A stretch of 64,000 nt of DNA from assembly GCF_009914755.1 (NCBI RefSeq), contig NC_060930.1, one strand, 5' to 3'. Of the stretch, positions 27,981-42,971 are shown piece by piece. The notes under the pieces were generated by a model, which was not told the origin of the DNA, did not search any database, and worked only from the letters and a program-made list of their open reading frames with translations. This stretch comes from the human T2T-CHM13v2.0 reference genome, Homo sapiens. The translations under genes were made by a program, and so were the position numbers. How positions within the stretch are numbered: position 1 is the stretch's first letter; each line of letters begins with the position of its first letter.

Positions 27981-29109
27981 CTATATCAGCCACCCTGTCC
28001 CCCACTTCCTTGCTCTCTTTCTTTGAAAGTTACCAAAAGGTCATGATCATTGCATTGTTTAAACTAACAAGATTTGAAAGTGTGCACTCAAAATTGGTTC
28101 AGTCAAGAGTCACTAAATTCTTGCTGTTATGTCAGGCATTGTGCTAGCGTGGAGACATGGTGAGCCACACAGAAAACTAGAGAGTGAGCCCCCCTTCCCC
28201 ATTGCATGCATTTCCTCTTCTGTTAGGGCTGCCCCCTGAGGAACATAACCTGGACAAGTGCAGGCCGAGAAGATTAAACCTAAACTTCTTTCCTCTACCA
28301 TCAGAATAGTAATGGGCCTTTTAGGAAAATATGTGATATCATTACAGATGAAATACAGAATTCTCCAGTGGCCAGAGTGCCAGAAAACCTGGGTAGTTGC
28401 GCTAACTTTGCCACTAAATAAGTGGAATGACTCCCTGGGCCTATTTCCCCATCTGTGCAACCAGAGGTTTAGGCCGTATCATGTCTAGGTCCTTCTCATC
28501 TCCAGCACTTCATCAATGCATCTGAGTTCCTTATTTCAATCCTGTTTCTAGACAAATGAATCCTGAGACCCATTTTGAAAGTTTAAGGTGTTGACTTGTG
28601 TTTCTCATCCTAGGCCCTAGGTTCTCCCAATGATATACTACTTAATCTATTGTGCTTGTTTCTCTGCCCCGATTCATTTGTCATTTGCAGACACTTTACC
28701 TTTGTCATTATTAGTAATATTCAATTCTGTAAGAGACATGCCCACATCCAAAATCTAGAGGTATACTTAATTACAAACTATATGCTTCCCTTGGAAAACA
28801 ATAAACAAATCAAGGAACTGCAAGTTGAATCCTTCTTTCAATGTAGTAGGCAGCTTGTATTTTTATAAAGAGAGAATAAAAAAATGGATGTGACATATTT
28901 CTGTTTGGTAAATCTGTATTTTTATACATTCAGTTTACTTTAGCATGAGCCGCAGACAGTTTTTCAAAACCTACTCCAGTTGGTATAGTTTGTTTAAGAT
29001 AGGGGCCAGGCCCAAAAGTTTTATTTTGTTTTGTTTTGTTTTCCTAGAAACTTGAAGAAAGGCATTTCTCTCTTCTTGGTGATTTACTGACTACATGTCC
29101 ATACCCACT

Positions 29110-29310
29110 CTGTGCCAAGTATATAAATTAGACCATTTCTAATTCTTAAACAATCCTTCAGGAACAGCTATTGTTGCACCTATTTTATGGATGAGGAAAT
29201 AGGAGCTTAGGGAAGGTACAACAGGCAGACATGGTCCTTTGGATGGAAAGCCGCAGATGTGAGATTCAATCTGAGTTCAGTCTGACTTCAAATAGTTACA
29301 CTTTCTCCAC
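29110..29310 (-). mobile_element. MIR
   Basis: ctctgtgccaag...attttatggatgaggaaat...gagattcaatc...tctgacttcaaa. Confidence 0.65.
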
Positions 29311-30211
29311 CACAAACACTGCATGGAAGGGAGAAAAAAGATGGAATGATATCCAGATGGGTTAAAGCATGCCAGGGATACACAAGGAGAAAGTGGTTTC
29401 TGAAAGGCTTTCTCCACGAAACATGGAGGAAGAGTAGGCTAACACCAGCTCACATCATGATGCCTTTGTATGAATTAGAAAATGATACCTCTTCCTGGTA
29501 AGTGCAGCCTAACATGCAAACAGCTTGATGAGTGCAGAAGGGGCTGATTCTACCACCCCTCACCCAGCCACACCCTGACCTAGGGAACAAATTGTGCACA
29601 GCTACCCTATGGCTGGAGGAAGAGAGGCACAAGGACCTGAATGTGTGTGCAGACCAGAAGAGGATTGCATTATTTATTATTAGTAGCATTTATGATCTTC
29701 CAGTGTTTATACTTCTCATTCTCTTTTCTTTTGCAAATAGTGTAACGGGCAGGGGAAACTATTCCTACTGTCAAAGAGGTTTAACTCTATTTCTGGAGCC
29801 AAGTTCGGTTAGAGAGACTAACCGCACTTCCCAGGGCTGGCCTGGCTGAGAGCCAGTGCAGAAGTAATGCATCATTCTTATTGTGACTAACTTGTCCCAA
29901 AGAAAGTTCAAGTTGACTTATCTTAACAGTATTCACGTCTAATAACTTGGGGCCAATCTGATTTGCACCTTTGACTGGCTGCCGATTCTGTTTCTTCACC
30001 TCCACTGCTTTTGCCTCTTCTAGGTCTCTGTTTAAATTAATTAATCTGTGATATTGGACTTTGGTTAATAATAATAATATAAAGATAAAGATGAAGGAGG
30101 AGGAAGAGAAGAAGGAAACAAAATCATTAGGACTAAAATTATATAGCTCCATTACAAATGGGGGGATGAAAGAAGAGAGTAGGGAGTGCTAGGAAAGAGA
30201 AAGGTATTTTC

Positions 30212-31593
<1,382 letters not shown>

Positions 31594-31927
31594 AGAGAAA
31601 GGTATTTTCACAAAGAGAAGGAGGCGTCTTAGAACTTCAAAGAAAACTCAAATTTGGCACATATTATCACATGTACTAGTAAGAACAGCCTTGTCAGATA
31701 CGTGTTAGCAGATGCCCATTTTACAGAGGAGCAAACTGAGATTAGCAGGGTTAAATAACTTGTTCAAGGCACCTGGTATCCAGGTTTACACTCAAGTGTT
31801 CTGATTCCAAGTGCAATGAGTAGAGGAGGAAAGAGAATTCAGGGAGACTATGAGATTTCCTCAACCATATAAAGTTGAAGTATTGGTTCTCTCTCTCTCC
31901 CCATCTTCCTTTCTCTAATAATAGATC

Positions 31928-32428
31928 TGTTGTCCAATGTGCATGGCAAATCAATACAATGAGACACTGAGTTGCAGCAGAGATAAAGCTTTAAATGTAG
32001 GGCTGCCAAACGAGGAGACAAGATGAAACCTCAAAGCTGTCTCCCAGAGAAGCTTGAAGCTAGGGATTTTAAGGGTTTTGGAATGGGCTGAAGAGTGGTA
32101 TCATTGATTGGCTGAAGAGTGCAAGGTGACGTCTTGGGACAGGGAGATGAAGAAACTGTATCCTCTTGCTGATTCAGTTTATCTGTAGGGGTTTCAAACA
32201 GATTGGTATCACCTGTTCCATGGGAATTCACAATCTGTTTAAGCAATTCTTAAGCAAAAGCCCTATAATCCTCATGTCAGAAATCCTAACTATAGGAACA
32301 ATGGGATGCAAATGGACAGCATCTAGTGTATTGTGACTTTCAGTTACAAGGAAGTGTGTCAAAGTGCAGCCTGATTAATGCTTAATTATAACTATATTTA
32401 TGTACAGAATTCTTGAGGGTAGCTTCCA
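31928..32428 (-). mobile_element. ERV1 MER4-group solo LTR (LTR54/LTR56-like)
   Basis: ctataggaacaatgggatgcaaatgg...aaagtgcagcctgattaatgcttaattataactatatt; subfamily from memory. Confidence 0.7.
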
Positions 32429-33465
32429 TGAGGATGGCTTCAACTGTACACAGCTGCAGAGACAGGAATCTGCAGTCAGCCCACCCAGTACTGAGGCTGA
32501 TGACACCGCTATCCATCCACTTGCAGATTTTTAGCAACTTGGGGATAGGACCCAGTGCAGAATTTGGCATTGATAGGTGTTTCATAAGTGTTTGTTTAAG
32601 GAATAGGTGAGTAAAGTTATGCATCGATAAAAATAAATAAATTGTATTGTAAATATGGGGAAAATAGTTGTGTGGGTGCCAACAAGCAGGAAAGGGATTA
32701 TGGGGAGAGGAAGGGGAAATTGGGAGCCATGAAGCCTACAGGGGAAATTAGCTCATCTGTCCAGCTGCAGAAAGTGCCTCCTGTAAGTAAGAGATAGGAA
32801 ATAATCAGAAACTTTTAGCATCAAATTGAGACATGTGGAAAAACCTATCAAGGCCACTGAGTCAGAGTTGTGGCTGAGATGGAGGCACAGTTCTGATCTT
32901 TGTTAGAAAAATCCCATAAGTAGTTTGGAGGACACTAAGCAATTTGTTCCTTCCCTTCAGTTCCCAGTAGAAAGGGCCTCACCTTCTTATGTAGGAGGTG
33001 TGTGGGTCAGATCGCTGGGCAAATAAACTGTGCGGGAGGACACAGGCCTGGGAGTGGGGATGCAAAGAGGGTCCTCTTTCTCCATCCTTCAACTCTCCTT
33101 CTCATTAAGCTGGGAATTGAGACTGGTTTAAAAGGATTAACATAATTAAAATAAGGTACTTTAAAAAGCAAGCTCCAGCATAGAAAGCATTGGTTTTCTC
33201 TCTCTCTCTCTCTCTGTTTCTCTCCCCACCTTCCTTTCTCTGTTTCTGTTTCTCACCCTCACACTCCTCCTCCCTTGTATTCCTTTCTTTCCCATTTATC
33301 TGTGATCCCAGTGTGCTGTTTCAGCCAAAGCCGGAACCCTTCCTGATGGATGCATACTTCAGGTTCTATCTGTTTACAAAAGGCTGATTTTCCCATCCTT
33401 GATATTTCTCCTAGAAATTAGGTCCTGGAGAGATGGTGGGGGAATTCTAAGCCATTGTTATGTTC

Positions 33466-34426
33466 TGTAGGAGACAAGATCACTCCAAAAGATGCCTCTT
33501 TGGCATAAGGATTATTTTGGCCTGAAAGTAATTGAGAAGAAGCAGACGAAAAGCTCTCCGCCTCCCCCATTTGCCTAAAAGCAGGACATCCATTTATATA
33601 GACAACAGTGTCCCTTCTCCCCTCTCTGCCAGGAAGAACAAAGGTTGATCACTAAAGACAACTTAGGATCCTTACCAATGAGAGGATAAAAATAAGGATC
33701 ACTTATCTGGAGACCACCACTAGAGGAATCTACATGACAAACTTCACTAACTAGCCTTCAGCTACCGTATGTAGTAATGCTCCCCATAATGATGCTTGGT
33801 CAACACTTATATAATGGTGATCCCATAAGATTATAATAGAGCTGCCCTATAGAGGTGTACCATTTCTTGTCTTTCACATGGTGTTTTTACTATACCATTT
33901 CTAGGTTTAGATGCATAAATACTCCCCGTTGTGTTCCAATTGCCTACGGTATTCAGTACAGCAGCAAGCAGTACAGGTTTATAGCCTGGGAGCAATAGGC
34001 TCTACCATACAGCCTGGGTTTGTAGTAGGCTCTACCATCTAGGTTTGCGTTAAGTACCTTCTATGATGTTCACACAATCAGGGAATTGCCTAGTGACACA
34101 TTTCTCAGAATGTATCTCTGTCGCTAAATGCTGCATGACTGTATTTTCCTTCTCACACTTTGCTGCCCCTGGAGACTCAAGGTTCTTTTCCTTTGTCTTG
34201 CCACTTCTCTAAAAATCTTCTGTTCTTTGCTGAAGAGGCTATATAAGCCTAAAATCAAAGCTCTCTGTGAAAATGATGCATTCCTTGGGTATCTCCCATG
34301 CGTAGTTGAAAGACATGTTGATAAACTTCTGTTTGTTTTTTCTCTTGTTAATTTGTCTTTTGTTACAGGGGTCCATTCCAACTAAAAACTAAGGGTAGAG
34401 AGAAAATTCTTTTTTCCTTCCCCACG
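33466..34426 (+). mobile_element. MER34-group ERV1 solo LTR interrupted by Tigger3
   Basis: tgtaggagac...gcctctttggcataaggattatttt at the start; ataaacttctgtttgttttttctcttgttaat...agggtagag...ttccttcccc at the end. Confidence 0.88.
33772..34141 (+). mobile_element. Tigger3 (Golem) non-autonomous DNA transposon
   Basis: ggtgatcccataagattataat...tgcctacggtattcagtacag...catttctcagaatgtatc...gcatgactg followed by TA. Confidence 0.88.
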
Positions 34427-35649
34427 CTTTCTTTCAGTAGGATAGTTTATCTCTCTGTCCAAGTACAGAACTCACTGTCCAGGGAAAATGGGGCCATAGA
34501 AGAATGTGGATTGTGTGTTGTATATGCATTCAACATTTACGTGTGTGAGAGGCATGTTAGACTCTAGCACCTTAATGATTAGGCCATACACATACGTATA
34601 GACTTGATTACATGGTAGGCACTCAGGGACCAGTAAATAAAATGTTAAGTGGTCCCAGGGCAATTAGGGACTTCTGACACAATACAGCATATGCACAAAA
34701 TCTCCCCCACTGATTTAAAATTTTTTTGATACCACTATTTTAAGAGGTCTTTCTTCATATTAGTACAATGTTACAACAACTCACCTCATTCTTTGCTGTA
34801 TAGTAAAATTTCCCTAATTGGGCCCAGCATTTTGGAATTTATATTAATTACAACACAGTGATTGTATTGGGTAAGAAGTTTGAAAGAAGAGTTGTAATTT
34901 AGAAATCTGTACTTTTATGAGCACTATACATAAGCCACAGGGTTTTTATAAATTGTAATCTCAGGTTCGTTTAGGCAATTTTTCTTATTAGCACCCCATT
35001 TATTTCTGAGTTTATAGCATCTGTAACATGTAACATAATTATCGGTGTTTCTTTTAACACATCCTAGAGTTTGAATGTTTTATAAAAATTAATTCAATTG
35101 GGACTCACAGTCTCCCATCTTTCAAAATAGTAAGATTTTACTGTATTGGTTTTGGACCCCATTCCTCGGCAGCTTTCTTTAGCCATGGACAAGTGAGTCA
35201 GTGGAAGCTAATTCGGGAGGGAGGCGTGGTTGTTCAAAGTGTCAGAGTTGACTCGATATGGTTGTAGACTGTTGGCTATTACCCATGGACAGCCCCTTCT
35301 TTCCAGGCCTGCTATGGCCAAGAGATGCTTCACCTTTTCTCCCTACCGCAGCTGTCTCTTGAGCCCGCTGTGCCATCTTGCTGGTTATCGTCTTTGTTCC
35401 TTCCCTGACCTGGTTATGATTTTCCTATAGCAAATAAAGAAAGCTGGGATTGTCACCTTTCTTTTCCTACAACTTGGAAGTCTGGGCACACTGTTATGAG
35501 TCTTTGTCTAAAGAGTCATGGGGAAGGTAAGTCTCTCCCCTCCCCTGGGCTCTCTCCTCTTCCTCCTTATCTCCTTTAAAAACCTTCCCTGAGTCCTCCC
35601 TGAGTCAGGATTAGTTATCCTCACCCTCTGTCAGTGCATTTAGGAGCAA

Positions 35650-36035
35650 CATGCAAAGAACAGGAGTTTTAGCTCCTTCAAGACCTGAGTTTAAATCCCA
35701 GTCCTAATGCTTGTAGCCTTGTAACCATAAGCAAGCTTCTGAATATCTGTCTATTTCCTTAGAAAAAGAGATAGCAAAACTTCTTGCAGCGTAGTAGGAG
35801 GATTAGAGATAATACACATCAGCATATGTAGTACCAAAAAAGCAAATGTTCAAGAATGGTAGCTATTTTTATTATTCTAGCACTTCCCACACTGTACAGT
35901 GATCATGCTCACTTGTCTGTCTTCCCCTCAGGACTGTGAGCTCTTTTTGAGACTATTTTTGTATCCCTGAACTTTGGAACAAAAGCTGGCATGGAGTGGA
36001 CGTTACATAAATGTGTTTTGGATGAATGAATTAAT
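35650..36035. mobile_element. MIR followed by an L2 3' end
   Basis: agacctgagtttaaatcccagtc (MIR); acttgtctgtcttcccc...gactgtgagctc...ataaatgtgttttggatgaatgaat (L2 tail). Confidence 0.65.
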
Positions 36036-37003
36036 GGGAATTAATGGACATCTTTAAATAGCCTGGCTTGGTTTGTGCATTATTAAGTGGGCCTGTTTCT
36101 TGGGACCTATTGGAGATTAGAGGCCATTCTAAACAATGAGGCAATCAGAACAGGGAAAAGAACAAAGTGAAGAAATTGGATTCAATATTTTGGTTCTTAA
36201 AACGTTGCATGCCTACAGATAATGAGAAAACTCACCATATGTAAGACTGAAGGTAACTGACATGCTTGGAATGTCGTATTCTCAACATTAGAATGATACA
36301 TCACAGGTTTTCTTTCCCCCAACTACTGGGCCTTTCTCATTTATAGGCAGGACAATCACTATTTTCCTTCCAGGTACCACTCATGAGAAATATTCAGACC
36401 TTATAGGAGCTTGCAAAATAAACAGTTGTTGGTATCTCCTTGGGAAGAAGAGAAAACCCAAAGCTTTGATAGATATTAAACTGGAGCCCTCCTGGGAGAT
36501 TCTAAATGGCTCATAAATACAACTGGTGGAATATTGCCTGCATGTATTTTCCACTTACACTCACCTTTGAGGTTCTGTTCTGGCCCCTTGAGAATCGATA
36601 CACACAATAACAGAATTGCTGATATATTAATCTTTCTGCTGATCTTAGCATTTCTTTCTACCAAAGTGGGAATAAGGCTGGGAGAGGAAGTGAAATCCAG
36701 AGCACTGTGAAAGTAATGGGGGAAAAATTTCATTTCCAGAATTCAGAAAATATATGAAGTCGTTCTCTTTCTCTAACCTCAAAAAGGCACCTTGATAGAG
36801 TGCCCTGGCTGGACGAGAGCCATGGAATTCAGTTTATCATGAGCACCCTGCACCCTCCTCAGTCCTGGTTTTGTGACCTTTTAAGAACAAAGCCAACACT
36901 CCAGGTCACGTCTAGGCTAGAAGTTCCATTAGAACAATGAGCCACCCACTCCAGAGCCCTCACTGCGCCAAAAGGTTTTCATTCCCATGCTATAGCTTAT
37001 CAC

Positions 37004-37911
37004 AGTAAAGGGGAGGGAAAAATAATGCTTCCTCTGCCCTGTCTGAGTTCTTAATTAGGACAGACACCTGTAAAGACAGACTAACAAGAGAAAAACAAAC
37101 AGAAGTTTATGAACATGTATATCTCATGTATACAGGAAACATGCAGGGAAAATGAGTGGGTTTCAAGAGTAAATCTCAAAGCTATGGCTTTGACTTCAGG
37201 CTTAAATATCATCATTTGCTGAAACAAGAAAGAAGCAGGTAGGGAAAGCCAGTTATGGGAAGATGACCAGAAAAGTACTATAAACAAGAGCAAGGTTTGT
37301 TATGCACATTTAACTTGGTACCTTCTCCCTTGATCAGAGTCTCTATTGACTTAGTCACTCTTCTGTTCCTTGTGCAGAGGGAGACACCTTTACAAATGGA
37401 GATTTCTCTTACACGTGAATTTCTCTTTTTTCTTTTTTTTTTTTTTGAGACCGGGTCTCACTGTCACCCAGGCTGAGTGCAGTGGTGTGATCATAGCTCA
37501 CTGAAACCTTGACCTCTGCCTCCTGGGCTCAAGTGATCCTCCCATCTCAGTCTCCTGAATAGATGAGACTATAGGCATGTGCCACATTACTGGCAAAACT
37601 TAAAAAAAAAAAAAACTTTTGTAGGGATGGGGTTTTGCTATGCTGCCCAGGCTTGTCTTGAACTTCTGGAGGCAAGCAATCCTCCCGCCTTGGTCTCCCA
37701 AAGTGCTGGGATGACAGGCGTGAGCCACTACACTTGGCCAAATTTATCTTATAAAAGGGTCACTTCTGCTGTTTCCAGAGCCTCTCCTGTGGCTACCATT
37801 TCTCAAAATAATGAGCTCAAAATAATCCTAATGCCAAAAGGACATTTTTGGGGGTGGCATATTCTGGTGCTTATTGTCATATTTTGGGTTGACACGTCCT
37901 GAACCCCATCA
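37004..37911 (-). mobile_element. MER34A1-like ERV1 solo LTR interrupted by AluJ
   Basis: Doubled terminal motif tttgggggtggcatattctgg...gtcatattttgggttgacacgtcctgaaccccatca; ctaacaagagaaaaacaaacagaagtttat. Confidence 0.88.
37426..37739 (-). mobile_element. AluJ, full length
   Basis: Reverse Alu with J features (gatcatagctcactg, ctcaagtgatcctccc); TSD aattt(c/a)tctt. Confidence 0.93.
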
Positions 37912-38451
37912 TTAGCAAAGGGGTCGTTTTTAGGTATTCAGGACTGAATGCACTCCATAAGGTGAAACTGGTGGTGAACATCTAAGATTTACACCAGCTG
38001 CAGAAGGAGCCCCCGGGTTGGGGAGGTGGGAAGGGGATTTCCCTTGAAGATGAGCCTGAAAGACTAATACCATTACCTAAATTCTCCAAGTGAAGGTTAT
38101 CAGAAGGAGGGAAAAAAATCAATTCCTTTATTTTTGTGTGGGTTTTTTCTCCTGCCCCCCTACTTAGAAAACAAATAAGATTATGATCCAAAAAACACAC
38201 AGATGAATGGTGTGCAACTCTCTCCATGGCAGGGCGAAGAGTGGCACCAAGAGCTAGGAAGTGGGGAAGTACAGGCTCTGGGGTGAGACAGTGCTGGGTT
38301 AAATGGCTGGCCCTTGGCTTCCTGGGCAAGTCACCTCACCTCCAGGAGGTCCAGTAACATCTTCTTTAAAATAACAATTATAGCAGCCTTTCTGGTTTGG
38401 TGTGAGAATTAAACGAGATAATGAGAAGTGGTGGATGTTGTTTTGGATTCC

Positions 38452-39374
38452 TGTATTGTGTCAGTCCTGATGGGGATGTAGGATTCTGGCCACCATGGAA
38501 GCTGAACCTTTCATATTTCTTCTTCCAGGTTCTCCCTTCCAGGGGACAGCTGCAAAATTACCTGTGGTGTCTGTGTCGGGGCTCAGAATGCTGTACCCCA
38601 AAGTATGGCACCTTGGGGTGCTGATTATTTTTGAGCTGAAGGAGAGAGGAAGGCCTCAGAAGCAAGGAGGTCTCTCTGACCTTCTCCCACCTTCCTGTCT
38701 TCTGCCCCTCTCTCTCCTCAAAAGCAAGCCATAAAACACAGAAAGGTCACTCTCTGACCTACCTCTCCAAAAATAGGTCATAAGATCCTCATATGACAGG
38801 TGTCCTGCCCTATACCTGGAGGAAAGGAATGTTACACGGAGAGATTGAGAAGAATATGAACAAATAGTTTTGCTGGGATTCCCACTCAGTTTTATGTCAT
38901 TAGATCACACCCTTCTTGTCCAGTTGAGTTTCTCCACACACTTCTTTCATCAGACTTAGCATCAAAATAGTTTTCCCTGTGTCTTTAGGCCTTCATTTCC
39001 GAGGGTTCGTATGTCACGTAAAACTTGATAAATGTGTTATGCATTTAGTCTGTCTTTTGTAATAGGGGTGTCAGCCATAAACCTTGGAATGGATAAGGAA
39101 GACTTATTACTTTTTCACCCACACAGCTGCGTCAGGGATCCAGGTTCTGATGGTGGTGAGGCTGGAAGCAGATCCTAAGCGGAGTGAACCTGTGACAAAA
39201 TCCACACATTATCCCCACTCCCCAGCTCTTCTTCATGTTGACTCATGCTAACAGCTTGGTTTTCTAGCCCTTGGGTCAATTCTATGAATTACTGACACTT
39301 TTCCAACAAATTCCTTTTCTGCTCAAAATTAATAGGTATTGTCTTTTGCTTGAATCCAGAAGCTGTGACCATTA
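38452..39374 (+). mobile_element. Old ERVL LTR (LTR33-like) split by a MER34-group LTR
   Basis: 3' end ttccaacaaattccttttctgctc...ttgcttgaatccagaagctgtgacc resembles the LTR33 terminus. Confidence 0.45.
38574..39125 (+). mobile_element. MER34-group ERV1 solo LTR
   Basis: tgtcggggctcagaatgctgtaccccaaagtatggcacc...tgtcttttgtaataggggtgtcagcc...cacccacaca; TSD tctg/gctg. Confidence 0.85.
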
Positions 39375-39900
39375 TCGAGGGGAGAAAAAGTAATATGTCC
39401 TCTCACCTATTGCAAGATTCATGGCTAAGACACCCACAATAAAAGAGTAGCAAGAAAACAATTATACAAATGTATTTACGTTTTATGTAACATGGGAGGC
39501 TTTAGAAATGAAGATTCCCCCCCAGAAAAAAAAACAGAAAAATATGTATATTTTTATGCTTAGGTTTGGTGTTGGATGGACAGTTGTGCAGAACTGTGAC
39601 TGGACAAAGGGGGTCTGATGTAATAAACAGGAGGGAACTTAGCAAGGCCTGTTTGTTCAGATTCTTCTCTGTGTCCTTGTGTCTTCAGAGTTAAGGACAT
39701 TCCTTTCCTCTAGATATAGGGAGGGCACCTCTGGGATGAGCAGGGTCTTAAGACCTGCTTTAGAGGAAGCTCAGGGTATTCTTTTATGATCTGCTTCAAA
39801 AGAGAAGGGTGGGAGAAGGTCAGAGAGACCTCCTTGCTTCTGCAGTTTCCTCAAATGCCAAGGTGCCATATTTTTGGGTAGCATGTCCTGAACCCCATCA
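39375..39900 (-). mobile_element. MER34-group (MER34B-like) ERV1 solo LTR
   Basis: ...aaatgccaaggtgccatatttttgggtagcatgtcctgaaccccatca; 4-bp TSD atta/atta. Confidence 0.88.
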
Positions 39901-40054
39901 ATTACAATATGTAAAGAGCATAATACTGCCAGAGCACCTAGCAGAATGCTCATGAAAGTAGGCACTCAATGCAAGGGAACTATGGTTATTATTAGCATTC
40001 CAGGGTTTCTACTATTAGCTTTGGCATTCCAGGATTTCACATTTGATTCAACTA

Positions 40055-40361
40055 CAGTCATGCATTGCTTAATGGTGGGGCTGCATTCTGAGAAATGCAT
40101 CCTTGTGGGAACATCATAGAATGTGCTTACACAAACCTAGCCTACTACACACCTAGGCTATATGATACAGCCTGTTGCTCCTAGGCTACAAACCTATATG
40201 GCATGTTACTGTACCGAATATCATAGGCAATTGTGACACAATGGTATTTGTGATATAAACATGGAAAGGTGAAGTAAGGATATGGTATTTTAATCTTATG
40301 GGATCATCGTCCTATATGTGGTTTGTTGTTGACTAAAACATGATTACATGGTACATGACTG
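40055..40361 (-). mobile_element. Tigger3a-like DNA transposon MITE
   Basis: TA+cagtcatgc...cattctgagaaatgcatc...cctactacacacctaggcta...taatcttatgggatca...catgactg. Confidence 0.88.
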
Positions 40362-40839
40362 CATTCAGTAATCCATGAAGTGTAATAATTTGCTGAAATA
40401 CAAATTTAAATTGCCTTTGGAAGAATACACATCAGATTATTTCCTGTTTGCTTTTTTACAAGGAGCACATATTATTTGCAATTATCAGAAATAGTAAATA
40501 TATTTTCATTTAAAAAAGAAACATGGCTTTGGTTTGAATTGTGTATACTCAAAGGCAAAAAAGTTTTTGTGATTTACTGATCTCCAAATTATTCTGCAAT
40601 TGTATTCAAGAATGGTATCCCATGGATGGTCAGGATCTTCTATTAGAATAACCAACTGTAAAGAGACTTCATGGATAAAGAAACTCTAAGAAAATAAAAT
40701 TTAATAATCTGTATTAAGGCCTGGATCATAATCTACATTCAAATAGTAATCAATATATTAATAGCCATTTGCCCCATTCACAAGCTTGACTATGCATGCT
40801 TCACTGCTAAAATATTTTGTCGGTCAGCAAAGTCTTTGT

Positions 40840-41150
40840 GACTCAAAGGATGGTCCCTGGACCAGCAGCATCGATATCACCCATGGAGCTTGCTAGAAAT
40901 GCAGAATCTCAGGTCCCATCCTAGGCCTACTGATTTAGTATCTGCAGTTTACTTAGCCTGGTGCAGTGACCCAGGCCTGTAATCCCAGCACTTTGGGAGG
41001 CCAAGGTGGGAAGATCGCTTCAGCCCAGGACTTTGAGACCAGCCTGGGCAACATAGCGAGACCCCACCTCTAAATAAAAAAAGAAATAGAATCTGCATTG
41101 TACAAGATCCCCAGGTGACTCATAATAGCATCAAAGTTTAAGAAGCATTG
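40840..41150. mobile_element. MER5A-like hAT MITE interrupted by an Alu monomer
   Basis: tggtccctggaccagcagcatc...gagcttgctagaaatgcagaatctcaggtcc...acaagatccccaggtgactc...aagtttaagaagcattg. Confidence 0.85.
40955..41085 (+). mobile_element. Free left Alu monomer (FLAM_C/AluJ left arm)
   Basis: Single arm with A tail; degenerate TSD tag(t/a)atctgca. Confidence 0.88.
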
Positions 41151-42971
41151 ATAAGTACCTTGGCCATTAGCAGTTGGAGGAGGTGTCAAGGCGTTTCCCC
41201 AAACCAGATTCGGATGAAATTTGTAAATCCATTTTCAAGTATCAAGGATTTACTTGTTAACCAAAGTGAGTACTATATTCTCTAAGGGAGTAGCCCAGGG
41301 AAATTTCTGTCTTACCTCCTGTGAAATTATCAAGGATTTTTGCTTGTTTATCAGATTGAGGGGTTGAAGGGAGCAGAAATCTCTTTTTCTGCTTATCTGC
41401 CTCTGGCTTAAACTAAGACTTTAGAGGGCAACAGGGAAAATAATCTTAAATTGTCTGCATTGCTGAAAGGTGGTGATTTCATCTTTTGGCGTGGGATTGG
41501 GTCAACTTGCACTTTGCTCAAGCCATTTGTTCAGGACAAGAAGTTCCTGCACCAGAAATAGCGAAGTGTAATCAGCAGAATGGATTAGATCCTGAGGAAG
41601 CCGTTATCATGGAGTGTCAGTGAGTAAAATTAACATGTATTTTTAATAAGTTTATAATTACTTATCCTACAATAGACCATATGACCTATTCACTTTTCGT
41701 GGACTCAAACACTTAAGCCCTCAAATGCCATTTAGTTTGAAACACACACACACACATACCCACACCCTCTTCCCTCAAAGAAAACAAAGGAATTGTGTTT
41801 TGAGCTCTAAAACAGTTTCTTAAGGAGGAGAAATTTGTATTGCTATCAAAGGCAGGAATTTTACACTTGTGTCTAGAAACACACAGTGACACATTTTTGC
41901 CCTACCTCGGGCCTTTCCTTTTAACTTGTTGGCTCAATTATCTGAGCTGAGGGGAGCATAGTTGTGCTGAGTTTTCAGCTTAAGTGTTGATTTCCTTGTT
42001 TTTGTGAATTTTTGCAGCAGACCTGGTATTGTTATTTAAATAATCATTGTACTTTTTTGTGTGTTAGAATTCCGTTAAATTGAGAAACAAAGGACCCTGT
42101 GCTGCTTTCAAGGGGAAAATGCCTCTATTTTCCCATTTCTAGGCTGTATTTCAGGAAGGTCTTTTGATGATATTCTTATGAACTTACTTTTAGAGACATG
42201 CATGCATTTTATGACTTCATTTGGGTCTTTAAAAACTGTCGATTAAGCAGTGCCCCTAAAAACAATTTTTTTTTCTTCACTAATAGGCTACAGGAAGTCT
42301 CATCTTGTTAGAGTTACCTTAGAGGGGTTCCACATAACATAAAATGACTATCTTTCAACACACTTTGAGGAATGGAATAATCTAAGCCAGGCTTAGGGGG
42401 ACAAATCAGTCAATTCAAGATACCAGTGTATTTTTAAAATTTATTAATGGAATTTTTAAAAGTCAGCCTGGTCACTTGGAAAATTCTACCTTTTAAATAA
42501 GCAAAAGCTGTAGCTTTGATCCACAAGATGCAGATCACCCAGACTCGCAGCTTGCTCATCTCCATCTTCAACCTGCAAATTTAAGAGGAATTATCTGCAA
42601 CTTGGAAAGGCCAGTTCTAGAAAAGCCACAGTGGGCAGGGCCTCCATTCACCTTTCCTAGCTTTTTAACCCAACGTTTTCTGCAATCAGTAAACGGAATT
42701 CAGACTTAGGCTTTCCTGTTATAAACTCCTTCTTTCCACTGAATCACATAACTCCCAGGTAGGAAGGAAACTAACTCTATGTATACCAACTCCTGGGTGG
42801 TGAGCACCTGGGGCCCTGACTCTTGGGCTTTGTCTTTGTGTCCTCAGCACCTGGGCAAGTCCGGGACTCATTGTGTCTATTCCCCATGAGCAGCTAGAGC
42901 ATCAAAGCTGTAATCTTACTTTAGTGGCCTCCCTCTTGGACCAACTTTCACTAACTGAGCCTCTAACTTGA

